Origin: Camelus ferus
Taxonomy: Eukaryota
Direction of reading: 5' to 3'
Assembly (NCBI RefSeq): GCF_009834535.1
Contig: NC_045696.1
Coordinates: 19,966,001 to 20,030,000 of the forward strand
DNA: 64,000 nucleotides
This document shows, one piece after another, positions 1 through 11,515 of this stretch. Under the pieces are notes generated by a model. The model was given only the letters and a program-made list of their open reading frames with translations, was not told where the DNA came from and did no database searches. Every line of letters begins with the position of its first letter. Positions within the stretch are counted from its first letter, which is position 1. A program made the position numbers and the translations under genes.

Positions 1-723
1 TGAAAATTAGAGATGGCATATGCTAAATGCTCAACAGTGATGTGATTTATACTAGAGACTATTACTATTAATAACAACAGGGTGCAGTCTGTATTATAAA
101 AATCTTGTTACTATTCCAAACTATGTAAAAAGGCTGGGACTACTCCACAGAGGAATTCTAACTATATTGTGTAATAGATAATTATATTTGAAATAGATCA
201 CTTTTTTCCATGTGATAGTGGATATAGTGTATGAATTTTGTACAAAAATGTATCTTAGCTTTTTCAGAATGGCGTGTATTATTGAAGGAGTCTCAGCATA
301 TTACTTTTGCATTACTGTGCATATTAAAGTGTGACCATGTAGAACAGTAATCAATAGTATGATGGCATCCATATTTTTAATTCATGCCAAGATGCTTGGA
401 ATTGCTTTTTATTTAATATTGTACAGAAGCTAATAATGGATAATGTGCATAAATATGTCCATCTGGGAATTATATTTAGCTTGTACTTGAAATTCACCAC
501 AATCAAGCAGCTTAACTTTGCAAAACACGTTATTTATCTACGAATGTTGCATAGAAAAATGTCTCACTCTTCTTAACCACCCTCTTGTAGGACCTGGGAC
601 ATAGGACAAACATGAAAGTACCCAGGGAAAAGTGCTCTACATGATGACCTTCCTTTTGCTTACTTGCCCATTTCAATTTTTTACTTCAAATTTTATTTTT
701 TTATGTCCCAGGCATTATTTATG

Positions 724-775
724 TTTTTTTTAATTGAAGTGTAGTCAGTTACAGCATAATGTACACCAGAAGTGA
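724..775 (-). mobile_element. Tiny rearranged LINE-1 3'-tail fragment
   Basis: T-tract followed by AATTGAAGTGTAGTCAGTTACA, matching the L1 tails at 4035, 23065 and 40510 in this window. Confidence 0.6.
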
Positions 776-1112
776 GTAAAATAAAGAACAATAATGAAAA
801 GTAGAAACATGAAAAATTAACTTGGGATTAAGAAAAAAATCCTTTAATGAATTACACATAAGCATGACTGATGGGATGGGTCCGTTCAAGGTCTGTCAAA
901 GGTTTGTCTGTTTTGGGGGATAGCACGTTGTCTGCACCTTTAAAATATTAAACAGCACTGACAATTGAATGTTTAAACTCCAAAACACCCTTCAGAGTTG
1001 GTGGGAAAGTGAGAAACAAGTCAAAGATAAATGGAAAACTTGATAAAGCATGACTATGAACTATGTAAGATAAATTTCTGTAAATGAACTTAATTTTCAA
1101 GGGGAAAAATGT

Positions 1113-1136
1113 CACACACACACACACACACACACA
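1113..1136. repeat. (CA)12 microsatellite
   Basis: Perfect CA dinucleotide run. Confidence 0.97.
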
Positions 1137-2775
1137 AGGCTTCTGGCAAAAAACAACAAAAAGAATAGTAGCTCATAAACAAATGATTACAGATTAGCTG
1201 AGTAAACTCTAAAGTTTTCACAACAAATGAACTTCTAAAACCTTATATTATTATACATTATTATTTTTCTTTCTTTTTTAAAATATGTATACACATTTAC
1301 ACACCTACATAGACATAAATACTCATATGTAGGTAGATACGCACATATACATAGAGTGTGAGTACATTTTTACTCAAGATATCTCATTTACACACTAAAA
1401 TTTCTTGGCCTTCAGCTGAGTCTTAAATTTCATCCTTGAGTCAAGTTATATGGCTGAGCATGAAAGACTGGCCTTTATAATAGGAAACCTGACAGAACTT
1501 TAATTATCCTGGTGTTATTTGAGGGCTACCATAGTTAATTCTCTTATATACCGATAACAAAAGCAACCACAACTTGTAACCCACAGCTAACACATTTTTA
1601 TTAACTCCTTCTACAATTTTGATATTTCATTATAGATTTTGACACCTTATTTTGTCTGACTCCCTTTCTGTGCTTGATCTTGATTTATTTCAATACATAG
1701 AGAAAGGATATTTTCTATTTAATTTATATTACTTCCTTACCCCTTCTCCCATAGGAACATTATGGTTTTAGTTAACTCAATGCATTACATTTTTACTGAG
1801 TGACTGATGTCTTCAGACAGGATCCTTAAATCAATCCAGTTGGTTGCTTTTATGTGACAGGATTACAATTTGGAAGCTTGAGGGATAACCAGCTATCTCA
1901 GACACTTCCCATAATATTATCATTTTTAACAGTGAATCCTTAAACTAATCAAAGTACTAACTAAATACCAAACATTGATTAGAACGCTACTAAAAATGTA
2001 CATGTGATGTTTGTAGCACAATCTTTACCCTGGACTGTACCATAATTGATAAGAACCATGGCATTTGTTGATAATCATGAACCTAGTACAAAGCTGATTT
2101 GTTAACAGTAGGAGCCAGTGTTCATGTAAATATATGCAATGATTTGGAAGGCAGGGTTTGATGGAGACTGCAAGTAACTATTTTGGTTTAGTTATGGAAG
2201 TTCTGTATATAAAGATGTTCACATATGTACATATATAAAGATATTTCCCTTAGTCACTATTCATGTATTGTTCACTCATTACCTACCACCACTCTGACAC
2301 ACCATTTTATTATTCAGCCTTTTTCCCTGTTACTGTTTATTCCAGGATCGTGTCTGCATTTCCAAGCTTTAATCTAATGCTTAAAGTCTAAAATCTGGTC
2401 CGCCCTCCCTTTCTAGTCCTATTTCCAAATGTCTGTCCCAGCCAAACTCATCCAAAGGTTACATTTGAATCTCTTTCCCTCGCTAGCTGTGTTTAATTTA
2501 GTTGGTGAGGAAAAGTATAGAGTAAGTAACACATTTATAAAAATCCAACACAGTGAAGCTCAAATGCCACCTCTTCCAAGACACATCCTCACTCCACTAA
2601 AGAAAGTAGACTTCTCTGCTCTGTTATTCATTATCACTGAGATGATGTGATAAGTCTGCACGGCAGGAATGTGAATGATGCCTTCATCAGGTAGCAGCTG
2701 TGGTACCCTGAATGTGTTCCTTTACTCACTTGGTCTCAGTTTCTTCCTCATAAATGTGGGATGTGAAGATATTGC

Positions 2776-3040
2776 AGGTCTATAATCCCTTATCTAATTC
2801 TAAAATCCATAACTCTTTGAAAACGAAAAGCTTAAAGGAACAAGTTAACAAAAAGTTAACTCAGAGCAAATTCAACCTGACCTAAACTCTTTCAGAAGCA
2901 AAAACTGACTTGACCTTATAACCTTTATCATACTTAGTGTGGACATGCATGTTTTACAGTAGAAGTACTAGTGTATTTTGTTGTATGTTGCTCTCCCAGA
3001 TCCTCCCAGGCATGTCAAAAATACCCTTTTGCATCCTCAA
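2776..3040. mobile_element. Possible TcMar-Tigger-type DNA transposon fragment
   Basis: Starts CAGGTCTATAATCCCTTATC...AAAATCC, resembling recalled Tigger/MER46-type termini. Heavily diverged. Confidence 0.35.
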
Positions 3041-3909
3041 TAGTGGTGTGTAAATAAAATCTTTAGAAGCCAATGAACTGCAGCGCTAACAATTAAGTGG
3101 TGACAGTCCCAGCCCAGCCTAATTGTGCATATCCAGCATAAGCCTTCCACCCACTCCTGCCCTGTGTTTTCCAGAACTTGTACATTAAATTTAAAATGAC
3201 TAGATTAGGAAGTCACTATCTTGGTAAATATGCCTTCATAGCAAACTTGAAGGAAAGCAAATCTAATAGAATCCTAGGGGAATTTAAGCAGAGATTCTCT
3301 ATTTAAACAAATACAGCATATGGGAAGTGATGTTCTCCATCAAAAAGGCTTTTTAACTAGTAGGGGGGAAAAGTGCGTAGAAATAGGTACATTGGAACAA
3401 ACATTAGGAAGTCCCAAGTTGAGGTTATGTTTAAAAAGCATCCCTTTCTCAAATTTGGAACATGAATTTCATTATAATTCATTTAGCCTTTCTCTTGTAA
3501 GTTCTTCTTAGCATTCTTTTAGCACATATTGAGAGCTTCTCTGTTTTTTATTGTAACACCAGACAAAATTTATATGGAGCCCATTCAAGCTACCACACAT
3601 CAGTCAACTCATAAGTGGGGCAGAGAGGAAGTCTAAAGTGGGTCACAACTATCCAAGAATAAATGCACAGCATATGGCATTTTAAAAGCTTGGGGACTGT
3701 CAGGCAGTTGTATGTTCAGCCTCTTCATCCAAAGAGTGGAGGGCTTAGTTCCATAATCAGAGACCCAGAGAATCCTAAATGCAGAGGCAGATGGAGTGGA
3801 AAAAATAGAAAATAAGAGCCTGTGCTCCCCATAAGTGTCCACCATTGAAAGGGCCCAGCATCGCGGATGAACTCCCATGTACTCAGAAGAGAAGACAATA
3901 TACAGCGGG

Positions 3910-4494
3910 TGTGTCAATCTACTCAGGCTGTCCTAACAAAATCTTACAGAATCGGTGGCCTAAACAATAAAAATTTATTTTCCCACAGTTCTGGAGGGTG
4001 GAAGTTCAAGATCAGGATATCTTCAGGGCTGGTTTATTTACTTATTTTTTTATTTATTGAAGTATAGTCAGTTACAATGTATCAATTTCTGGCATACAGC
4101 ACAATGTATATGCATATACATACATATATTCATTTTCATATTCTTTTCCATGAAAGGTTATTACAATATAGTTCCCTGTTGTATGCAGAAGAGATTTTTT
4201 TAACCTAGTTTTATATATAGTGGCCAACATTTGCAGGGTTAGGTTCTGGTGAGAGCTCTTCTCCCGGTTTGTAGAAGCCACCTTCTCATCGTGTCCTCAC
4301 ATGGCTTCTTCTCTGTGTGCAAAGAAAGAGGGGGACTTCTGGTGTCTCTTTCTCTTCTTATAAGAACACTGATCCTATTGGATTAAGATCCCATCCTCAT
4401 GATCTCACTATATTATTACCTCCAAATACAGTCACAGTGGGAGTTAGAGCTTCAACATATCAATTAGGCATGGGGCAAAATTCAGCCCACAACA
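3910..4494 (-). mobile_element. MaLR solo LTR (MLT1A-like), interrupted by an L1 tail
   Basis: TG...CA ends. Typical MLT1 motifs: TAAACAATAAAAATTTATTTTCCCACAGTTCTGGAGG, TGTCCTCACATGG, CTCCAAATACAGTCACA, AATTCAGCCCACAACA. Confidence 0.85.
4035..4233 (-). mobile_element. 5'-truncated lineage-specific LINE-1 3' tail (~200 bp)
   Basis: T-rich tail then TTTATTGAAGTATAGTCAGTTACAATGT. Imperfect TSD CAGGGCTGGTT (4024-4034) / CAGGGTTAGGTT (4234-4245). Splits the MLT1. Confidence 0.85.
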
Positions 4495-4676
4495 TCAGGA
4501 AGAGATACCTTGAAGGACATTGGTGATTTCTGACTGGCATCCCATTTTTTCTCTTTCTTAAAGAATCTTGAAGTGAATATTTCATTCATATATCCCTCTT
4601 TCTTCATTATACATACATGTCCTGACAAAAGCTGATCCCATCCCAAATTTCAGGGTTTGACCAGATTGACTTTGGA

Positions 4677-4801
4677 TAGAATGGTAGTAAAATGTATTAC
4701 CCAATTGTGACAATTTTTAAGATTGAAAGGGAGCACTAATTATGACAAAATAACAGATAACAACAACACTTTGGGGAAAACTGGAATGTAAGGTCACTGT
4801 A
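4677..4801 (-). mobile_element. hAT-Blackjack MITE (MER81-like)
   Basis: ~125 bp resembling the reverse complement of the recalled MER81 consensus (TGAAAGGGAGCACTAAT...AAACTGGAATGTAAGGTCACTGTA). Confidence 0.5.
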
Positions 4802-5089
4802 CCGTTTGGTACAGGAACGGACCTATGGTCCAATTTGTGACAGTGCGTTATGAAGGTGTTTGCTGAGGACTGTAGGAAAGTACTTTCTCATTATCCTCCT
4901 TTGGGCAGTGTCTTTCCCCTCATGTAAAAATTGTAACAGCTGCTATTATTTTGATATCCAAAGAAAGTAATGCCCTTGAGGTACTCACCCCCAAAACAGG
5001 AGGACCATCATCAACCCAATAACTGGACACTGTGATGTGGCAGACACCTTGACTTAGCCATCAGAGTCACTGTGCTGAGAAAATCCATG

Positions 5090-5790
5090 TAGGATCCCCT
5101 TGAATTATGTTTGTATGTCATGCAGTAGAAGCTGTCCTGAATTCTCTCACATTCAGCATTTCTCATCCAGCAGCATCACTTCCTATGCATTCCATTTGTT
5201 ACTTGCTCCACACAGAACTCTTCTACATAACCTTAACCTGGCTACTTTTCTACCCTCCATCACCCTCCCTCACCTACGAAGTCCCTCATGGCCACTCAAC
5301 ATCTCCTGACTCCTTGTGATGAGCTAAAGAAAATTCCTTTGGATAAAGTAGCTACTCATGGTTCACTGATGAATCTTATTTTAAAGGTGACAGTGGCAAA
5401 TATTGTGCAAAGTATGCTATTATGATTCCTTTGATGTTGTCAAGGCAGCACCTTTACCTATGGCTACTTCAGCCCAATGGCTGAATTATATGCTTTGACG
5501 TGGGTTTGTGCTGTAGTCAAGTACAGAAGTGCCAATATTGACACTGATAGTAGATATGCTTTTGGAGCAACTCATGATTTTGGAATGTTGTGGAAGCAAC
5601 ATGGCTTCCATACTTCCAATGGAAATAAAATAAACAATAGCTTCAGTATTCAGGAATTATTGGATGCAATACTTTTACCTGTTGCTCTAGCTATATTGGG
5701 ATTCTGGGGCATTCTAAATTTGACTCTCTGGACACTAAGGGAAATCAACTTGGTGATATTTTTGCAAGGAATGCTGCCCTTAAAGGGACC
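5090..5790 (+). pseudogene. pol: ERV pol tether and RNase H remnant (frameshifted)
   Basis: HAVEAVLN / QHFSSSSITSY..LLLAPH..LNLATFLP (tether). WFTDESY at 5359, SAQ/AELYAL, TDSRYAFG..HDFGMLWKQHGF..NGNKI, GHSK..GNQLGD. All four RNase H acidic motifs are present but spread over different frames. Confidence 0.92.
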
Positions 5791-5929
5791 AACAGCAGTC
5801 AAATTTTCTTGGTCCAAAGGGATATTTCCTCAAATAATAACTTAGGGAAACTGACTACAGAAATCCAACAAATGGCCTCCAAGGAGGAAAAATAATATTG
5901 GAAATCCAACAATTATAGGTTTGATGAAA

Positions 5930-6925
5930 AAAAGTGAGCTCTGGTTTAAGCCAAATAGCATTTAGAGTCCTACCAGAGACACTAAAATTCCTACTCCTCA
6001 CTGCTCTACATGCATTACACCATTAGTCTACTAACAAAATGATTGCCTTTGCTAATCAGCATTGGTGGGGAAATATTTATTGGGCCACAAAAAGTGCCTA
6101 CCTTTCTCATTCCGCTTGTCCAAATAAAACAAAGGAAGCCTGTTCATAATGCTCCCTGACATTTTAAAACTACCTAATGGATCACTCTGGTTCTGGTAAA
6201 TGGATTTTCATACACCATACTCTGTCTAATGGATATAAATATGGTTTAGTCATGATCTGTATGTTTTCATACTGGGCTAAAGCCTTCCCTCAAAGATAGG
6301 CTATTGCCTTTTCTGTGACTGAAGTCCTTTTGGAAATGATTATCCTGACCTGGGGAAGTCCTCTTGAACATCAGAGTAGTCAAGGAATCCATTTTACTGG
6401 CCAGGTGTTTTACCAAGTCTATGCCCTCTGCCTGGCTTTATAACACTGTCACTGTACTCATTACCATCCTCAATCTTCTGGTTTTGTTGACATACTAACA
6501 GCATTATTAAGATCCAATTGGCAAAATTTGTAGAGACCCTTCAAATACCTTGGTCAAATGCATTACCATTGGTCCCTCTAAATCTCAGAACCACCCCTTG
6601 TGGAACTCAGATCTTCCCCTTCCAAATAGTTGCTGGATGCCCAGTGCATTGATGAAAGGAGAAGTTCTCCAACATTACAAAGGCCTAATTGAGTCAATTA
6701 AAAATACCTATGATTTGGCAGACCAAAATTTTCACCATGATCTCTTGGGAGACAAAGACCTTAAGCATCACACCTTGCAAACTGGTATTTGTCTATTGGA
6801 AAAGACATCTCCAGAAGGACTCTTAAAATTCACTGGAAAAGCCCCTATTGATATTGCTAACCGAACCTTTGTTCTGCCAAACTCCAAGGAATAAACTCTT
6901 GGATTCATGTGACACACCTAGAGTG
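5930..6925 (+). pseudogene. pol: ERV integrase remnant
   Basis: HALHH..QHWWG (zinc-finger region), W*MDF, YKYGLVMICMFSYWAKAFP, SSQGIHFTGQV, YHPQSSG, PWSNALPLV.LNLRTTP, and C-terminal WKSPY..KLQGINSWIHVTHL. Many stops and frameshifts. Confidence 0.9.
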
Positions 6926-7169
6926 TGGAACCCTAACTGGACCTACATAACTTCTGTGACCTGAAAGTAAAGATATTCCAAAATTCAAACAGATGGCATC
7001 TGATGAGACAGCTTTCTCAAGATGGCCAGACTAGTCTGTTGAAAGTTTGTCACCAAAATTTTGATAACGACATATGCTTCAGATGATCTCCAGTGTTCAT
7101 GACCTTGATTCCCATCTGCACACGTTCCCTCTAACATTGGACATTACACCCAAGAAAGTTCCTTCTTGG

Positions 7170-7807
7170 TGATGCAGGAAAAATGGATGTGGAGCATAAG
7201 AGGGCCGTGTCCCAGGCTTCGGTTGACCCACTGGGATGTGCCCCGCCAAGTGTGGGTCCTTGGCTTCATGCAGGAGAGAATTCAAGAGTGAGCCACAGTT
7301 GAGTAAAGATAGATTTATTTAGAGAGTTACATCAAAAGGCAAGAGAAAGGCCATGAGGTGTGGGGGTTGGGTGTTCAGATTAGAGTAAAAGTAGGTACAC
7401 ACTCCATAGATAGAGTGCGGGCTGTCTCAGAGTCGGGGGAGAGACAGAAGGCTGCGGCCATAAGGCGCCCTGTTGCCAGTTTTTATGGGTTTGGTGGCTT
7501 CATATGCTAATAAGTGTAAGGACCAGTCAAACTAGCCTGGGGAAGGGGCTGGGATTCCTAGGAAGTTGGCCATTTCCCACTCTTTGACCTTTTGTGGCTA
7601 GCCTTGGGACTGCCATGGCTCCTGCGGGCATGTTATTTACCTTGTTAATATATTACAATGGGCATATAATGAAGCTCAAGATCTGGTAGAAGTTAAATCT
7701 CCCACCATCTTGAGCCTCAAGGCCTACTGGGGGTTGTATCTTCCACTATTTTGATGTTAATTGCTGTCATTCCTTGAATGGCTGTGCCCTGCCCTCTTCC
7801 TGTCTCA
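7170..7807 (-). mobile_element. Younger ERV1 solo LTR inserted antisense into the older provirus
   Basis: TG...CA termini with exact 4-bp TSD TTGG (7166-7169 / 7808-7811). TTTATT (minus-strand polyA signal) near 7315. Several CpGs retained. Confidence 0.88.
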
Positions 7808-7913
7808 TTGGGATTGAGGGACAAAAAGCTACTGAAACCAGAAAAACTGACCCTTAATCAGAGATGCCTTCAGAAAAAAAAAAAAAAAAAAGAGTATGAG
7901 CAAAAGGAAGAAA

Positions 7914-8247
7914 TACAAAATTAATAAACCAAAACCTCAATTAAATAGAATTGAGAGATCAGAAGGAGGAGCTCTCTCATCCTATGACAATAGCAGAGCC
8001 CAAAGGAAGAAGAAGGATTGCTCTTTTCTGACAAGGATTCAGCCAATGAAAAACCATAGACTCTTTGTTTACTACAGCCCTCCTATTTTTTTTCCACTCT
8101 GTAAAAATGTTTCCCTTCCTTAGCTATATGGGAATTTGCACACGGCTCACCATAGTTGTGGACTATGAATTGCAATTCTCTGCTGATCGCAAATAAATCC
8201 ATCTTTGTTGAAGAAATAGCTGGCAGCTTATTTTCTTCAAGTCAACA
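7914..8247 (+). mobile_element. 3' LTR of the truncated ERV1
   Basis: Follows purine tract AAAAGGAAGAAA. Contains CCAAT (~8043) and AATAAA (8192-8197), ends CAACA. The 5' TG is not intact. Confidence 0.75.
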
Positions 8248-8560
8248 ATGGAAAGTATAACAAGACAATTTCGGAAAATATGCCTAACGATGTAATTGGC
8301 AACTCTTACAAAGACAATTAACTCTGACTGCTTTCTAAGATTTAAGTCTCAAAAGACAAAATGGGCAGAATTAGAAACAATGATTTAGACTCCTGATTTT
8401 AGCACAATCAAATGATAACATTCTGAACTCAACTCATACTGATATCCTTTACTCTCCTCCAAGTAATTTGGAGTAGGAATAGACTAAAAGGAAAAAGGAA
8501 AAAAATTCAGACAAGTTTAAAACTTTGCTAAACATCAGAAAGACAGATATACCTACCTAC

Positions 8561-9058
8561 TGTCGACTGAAATAAATGCATGGCCTAAAATTGGAGAGTT
8601 ACGTTTTATTTGTAGGACATTTCTGAGGGCTCGAACCCCTTTGAGCCCAGGATGACAGCCTCTCAGATGGCTCTGAGGGACTGCTCCCAAGAGGTAGGGG
8701 AGGAGCTAGGAAATATAGCAGCTTTACAACAAAGACCGGGTAGTTGAAACAATAAAAGATTACTTGTTATCTAAAGAAAACCAGGCATCTCAAGTTAAAG
8801 AATTTAGTGCTTTTCTGTGTATGGGAGGAAGCAAACATTTGGGCTCACTGAATTCACTCCTTTGACAAGCACCTTGCTATCTAGGGCCAGTATCCTGTCC
8901 TTTCTTATTCTGAGTCCCCTCAAGGTGCACCATTGTGAGTGGCTGCAGAGGCCGGGCTGCAGGCTTCTCTTCACTGCGGGGTGGCGGCAGCCGCTGATGA
9001 CTTGATGGCTTCAGTATTCTATGTTTACTGATGTGGTTTGCAGTATTTTTCATTCACA
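8561..9058 (-). mobile_element. ERV1 solo LTR, MER41-like (cetartiodactyl type)
   Basis: TG...CA termini with exact 4-bp TSD CTAC (8557-8560 / 9059-9062). Motifs CTCTCAGATGGCTCTGAGGGACTGCTCC and GAATTTAGTGCTTTTCTGTGTATGGGAGGA resemble recalled MER41-like LTRs. Confidence 0.85.
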
Positions 9059-9273
9059 CTACCTACCTATCTCCTAATGTACATTCTCTACTTCTTCCTT
9101 TTAATTGATGAATCTCCCTACCAGAGTTTAAAATTAACACATAGCCAGAGACCACATTTCACAATTTTTCTTGCTGTTATAAACAGTCACATAAATGAAT
9201 TCAGGCCAATTGTGGTTTGGATAGAAATGATATATTCATTTACAGGCCTTGACATTAAAATATCATAAATGAG

Positions 9274-10070
9274 TGTGACATTGTGATTTAAAATAAGGGA
9301 TGCATACTTGGCCTTTGTCCCTGGTCTTGGCACAGAGTTCTTAAAACCCTTAGAAGTTCCTAGGTGATGAGAGCAACAAATGCCTCGTGTTATGTTAGTG
9401 AGGTGACTTTGGATTCCACGCAAAAATGGGGGCTGGGCACTGGGAGAACCAACTGGAGATCAGAGGGTTGGAATTTTTAATCCCATCCCCCTGACCTCTG
9501 TTGCAGAGAGAGAGGCTGGAGGTTGAATCAGAGATCAATGGTTGATAATTCAATCAACCATGTCTATGCAGTGAAGCCTCCATAAAAACTGAAAAGGATG
9601 GGGTTTGGAGAGCTTCTGGGATGATGACCATGTGGAGGTGCTGGGACAGTGTCCTGCTTAGGGACTGCATAGAAGCTCCCCATCCTTTCTCCAGACCTTG
9701 TCCTATTCATCTCTTCCATCTGCACTCTTCCTGAGTTATAACCTTTTATAATAAACCAATAATATAGTGAGTAAAATGTTTCTCTGAGTTCTGTGAGATG
9801 CTCTAGCAAATTACTCAAATCCATGGAGGAGGTTATAGAAATCTGCAATCTACAGCCAGAAGCATGGGTGACTTCCTGGATTTGTGATTGTCATCTGAGT
9901 GCAGGTGGGGATAGTCCTATGGGACTGAGCCCTTAACTGGTGGGATCTGATGCTGTCTCTAGGTAGGTAGTATCAGGGTTGAGTTGAATTATCCATTGGG
10001 TGTCTAAGAATTGCTTGGTTGTGTGTGTGGCTGAGGAGGGGGGTACCCACGCATTGAAAATGGGCATAGA
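9274..10070 (+). mobile_element. MER21-like LTR
   Basis: Starts TGTGACATTGTGATT. Motifs AGAGGGTTGGAATTTT, TGAAGCCTCCATAAAAA, AATAAACC, CTGAGTTCTGTGAG, GGGACTGAGCCCTTAAC, GGGATCTGATGCT. Confidence 0.8.
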
Positions 10071-11354
10071 ATATCAATGAGGTAACCCACTGTCTCTCTT
10101 TCTTGCTGTGGGCTGGCATTAGAAAATGACTGGATTTACTCTTAGTAATGCAGAAGAGGATCACCACCTATGTGATGCAGGAGTAACAAGCTGAACCCTT
10201 GATTAACTTTGTGGAACAGTGCCTGAAGTACCAATCATTTTTACAAGCAACTGCTTCTTTTTTTTTTGCAACTACCTTTTTTTTTTTTTTTGACACCAGG
10301 TTAGCCTTCAGTCTACCTTATATACTCAGTAATATTCATTGCTATTTTAGTGCAAATATCCAAACCAAATGTTTGCCTATGGTAAACAAATCATGCCTTT
10401 ACCCTTAGGCTTTAATTTTCTAAGTCCAACGTAAGATGAAATGCAGTCTTTTCTAAAATATTAATCCCAAAAATTAGGCCCAAGGAGACACATATATACA
10501 CACACATGAACATACACACACATATTGGAAAAGCATACAACAAGTAAAGCTTAATCATTTTTATTTACATAAGAAAATCTTACTTCATTAAATATGTCTA
10601 GGGTTAATTTTCTCCTCTGAGCCTGCCTGTAAGACAACTTTAGTTTCCACAATCATGAGACACAGGGCACCCACAGTGATCTCTTTTACCATGGTGTTGA
10701 TGAAGAACTGATCTACACATTTACTTCCAGGACAGACTTTCCAAAATCCAAACTGTAATGAAGTTTTGGAAAGTATTTAACCTTCATGAGGCATCTGAAA
10801 ATAAGCACTTATGAAAATAAAAAGCTTGGCTCCCTCCAGGGGTGCTGTATCATTCCTCACATTTATTCTCACCTTTTCATGTTCACATGAAACTCCAGAT
10901 AATAGTGTAGGCAGCAAAATCTTCAGTTACTGATGGACAACAGTGATATATGCAGTACGAAACCTGAAGAAGCTGCACATAAAAATTCGAATCTCAATAT
11001 CTATGCTGAATTTTAAAAAAGCAGTAGATTTCAAAGGGGAATTTCTTCTGTTTCATTAATTTTATAGTGAATGGCCATTTCTCACATATTTCATCCTTCT
11101 GAGTAAATGTGTTCATTAGCACAAAAATAATAATTCATATAATGCTCATCTAGGTGAGTACTCAATTTTTATGTGCAGTCACGGTGCATTTAAAAATTTC
11201 TGTAACGTTTTAAAAATGAGTTTCAACCATACCTTTGATTTCTTCTGTCGCTTGGAGGCCATCCAAAGATCAAGGACATGCCAGGTGTCCTGATTTAACA
11301 AGAACCAATAAATATCCAGGTTAGAAGAAATATATTCACATGTGATTTTATATA

Positions 11355-11515
11355 AACACAACACATATGCATGCATATTCACGTGTATGTATGTCACTAT
11401 ATATGTGTGTATGTTATGTATATGCATATATAGTACATATCAATGTATGTATATGTGTATATATATTAACTATGCAATTGATAATATACAAATAGGTGTT
11501 TATCTATACATATAC
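11355..11515. repeat. TA/CA/TG-rich low-complexity repeat
   Basis: Degenerate alternating purine-pyrimidine tract. Confidence 0.75.

Larger units (their letters stand above)
4960..8247 (+). mobile_element. 5'-truncated class I (ERV1/gamma-like) endogenous retrovirus: pol 3' half, PPT and 3' LTR
   Basis: Ordered tether, RNase H and integrase remnants, then a purine tract at ~7902-7913 and an LTR ending GTCAACA. Confidence 0.88.

Noticed and set aside
5477..5845. 122-aa ORF as a functional domesticated RNase H
   Set aside because: The first catalytic Asp (WFTD) and the final GH..GN..D motif are in other frames, and the adjacent integrase is full of stops. It is a decayed remnant.
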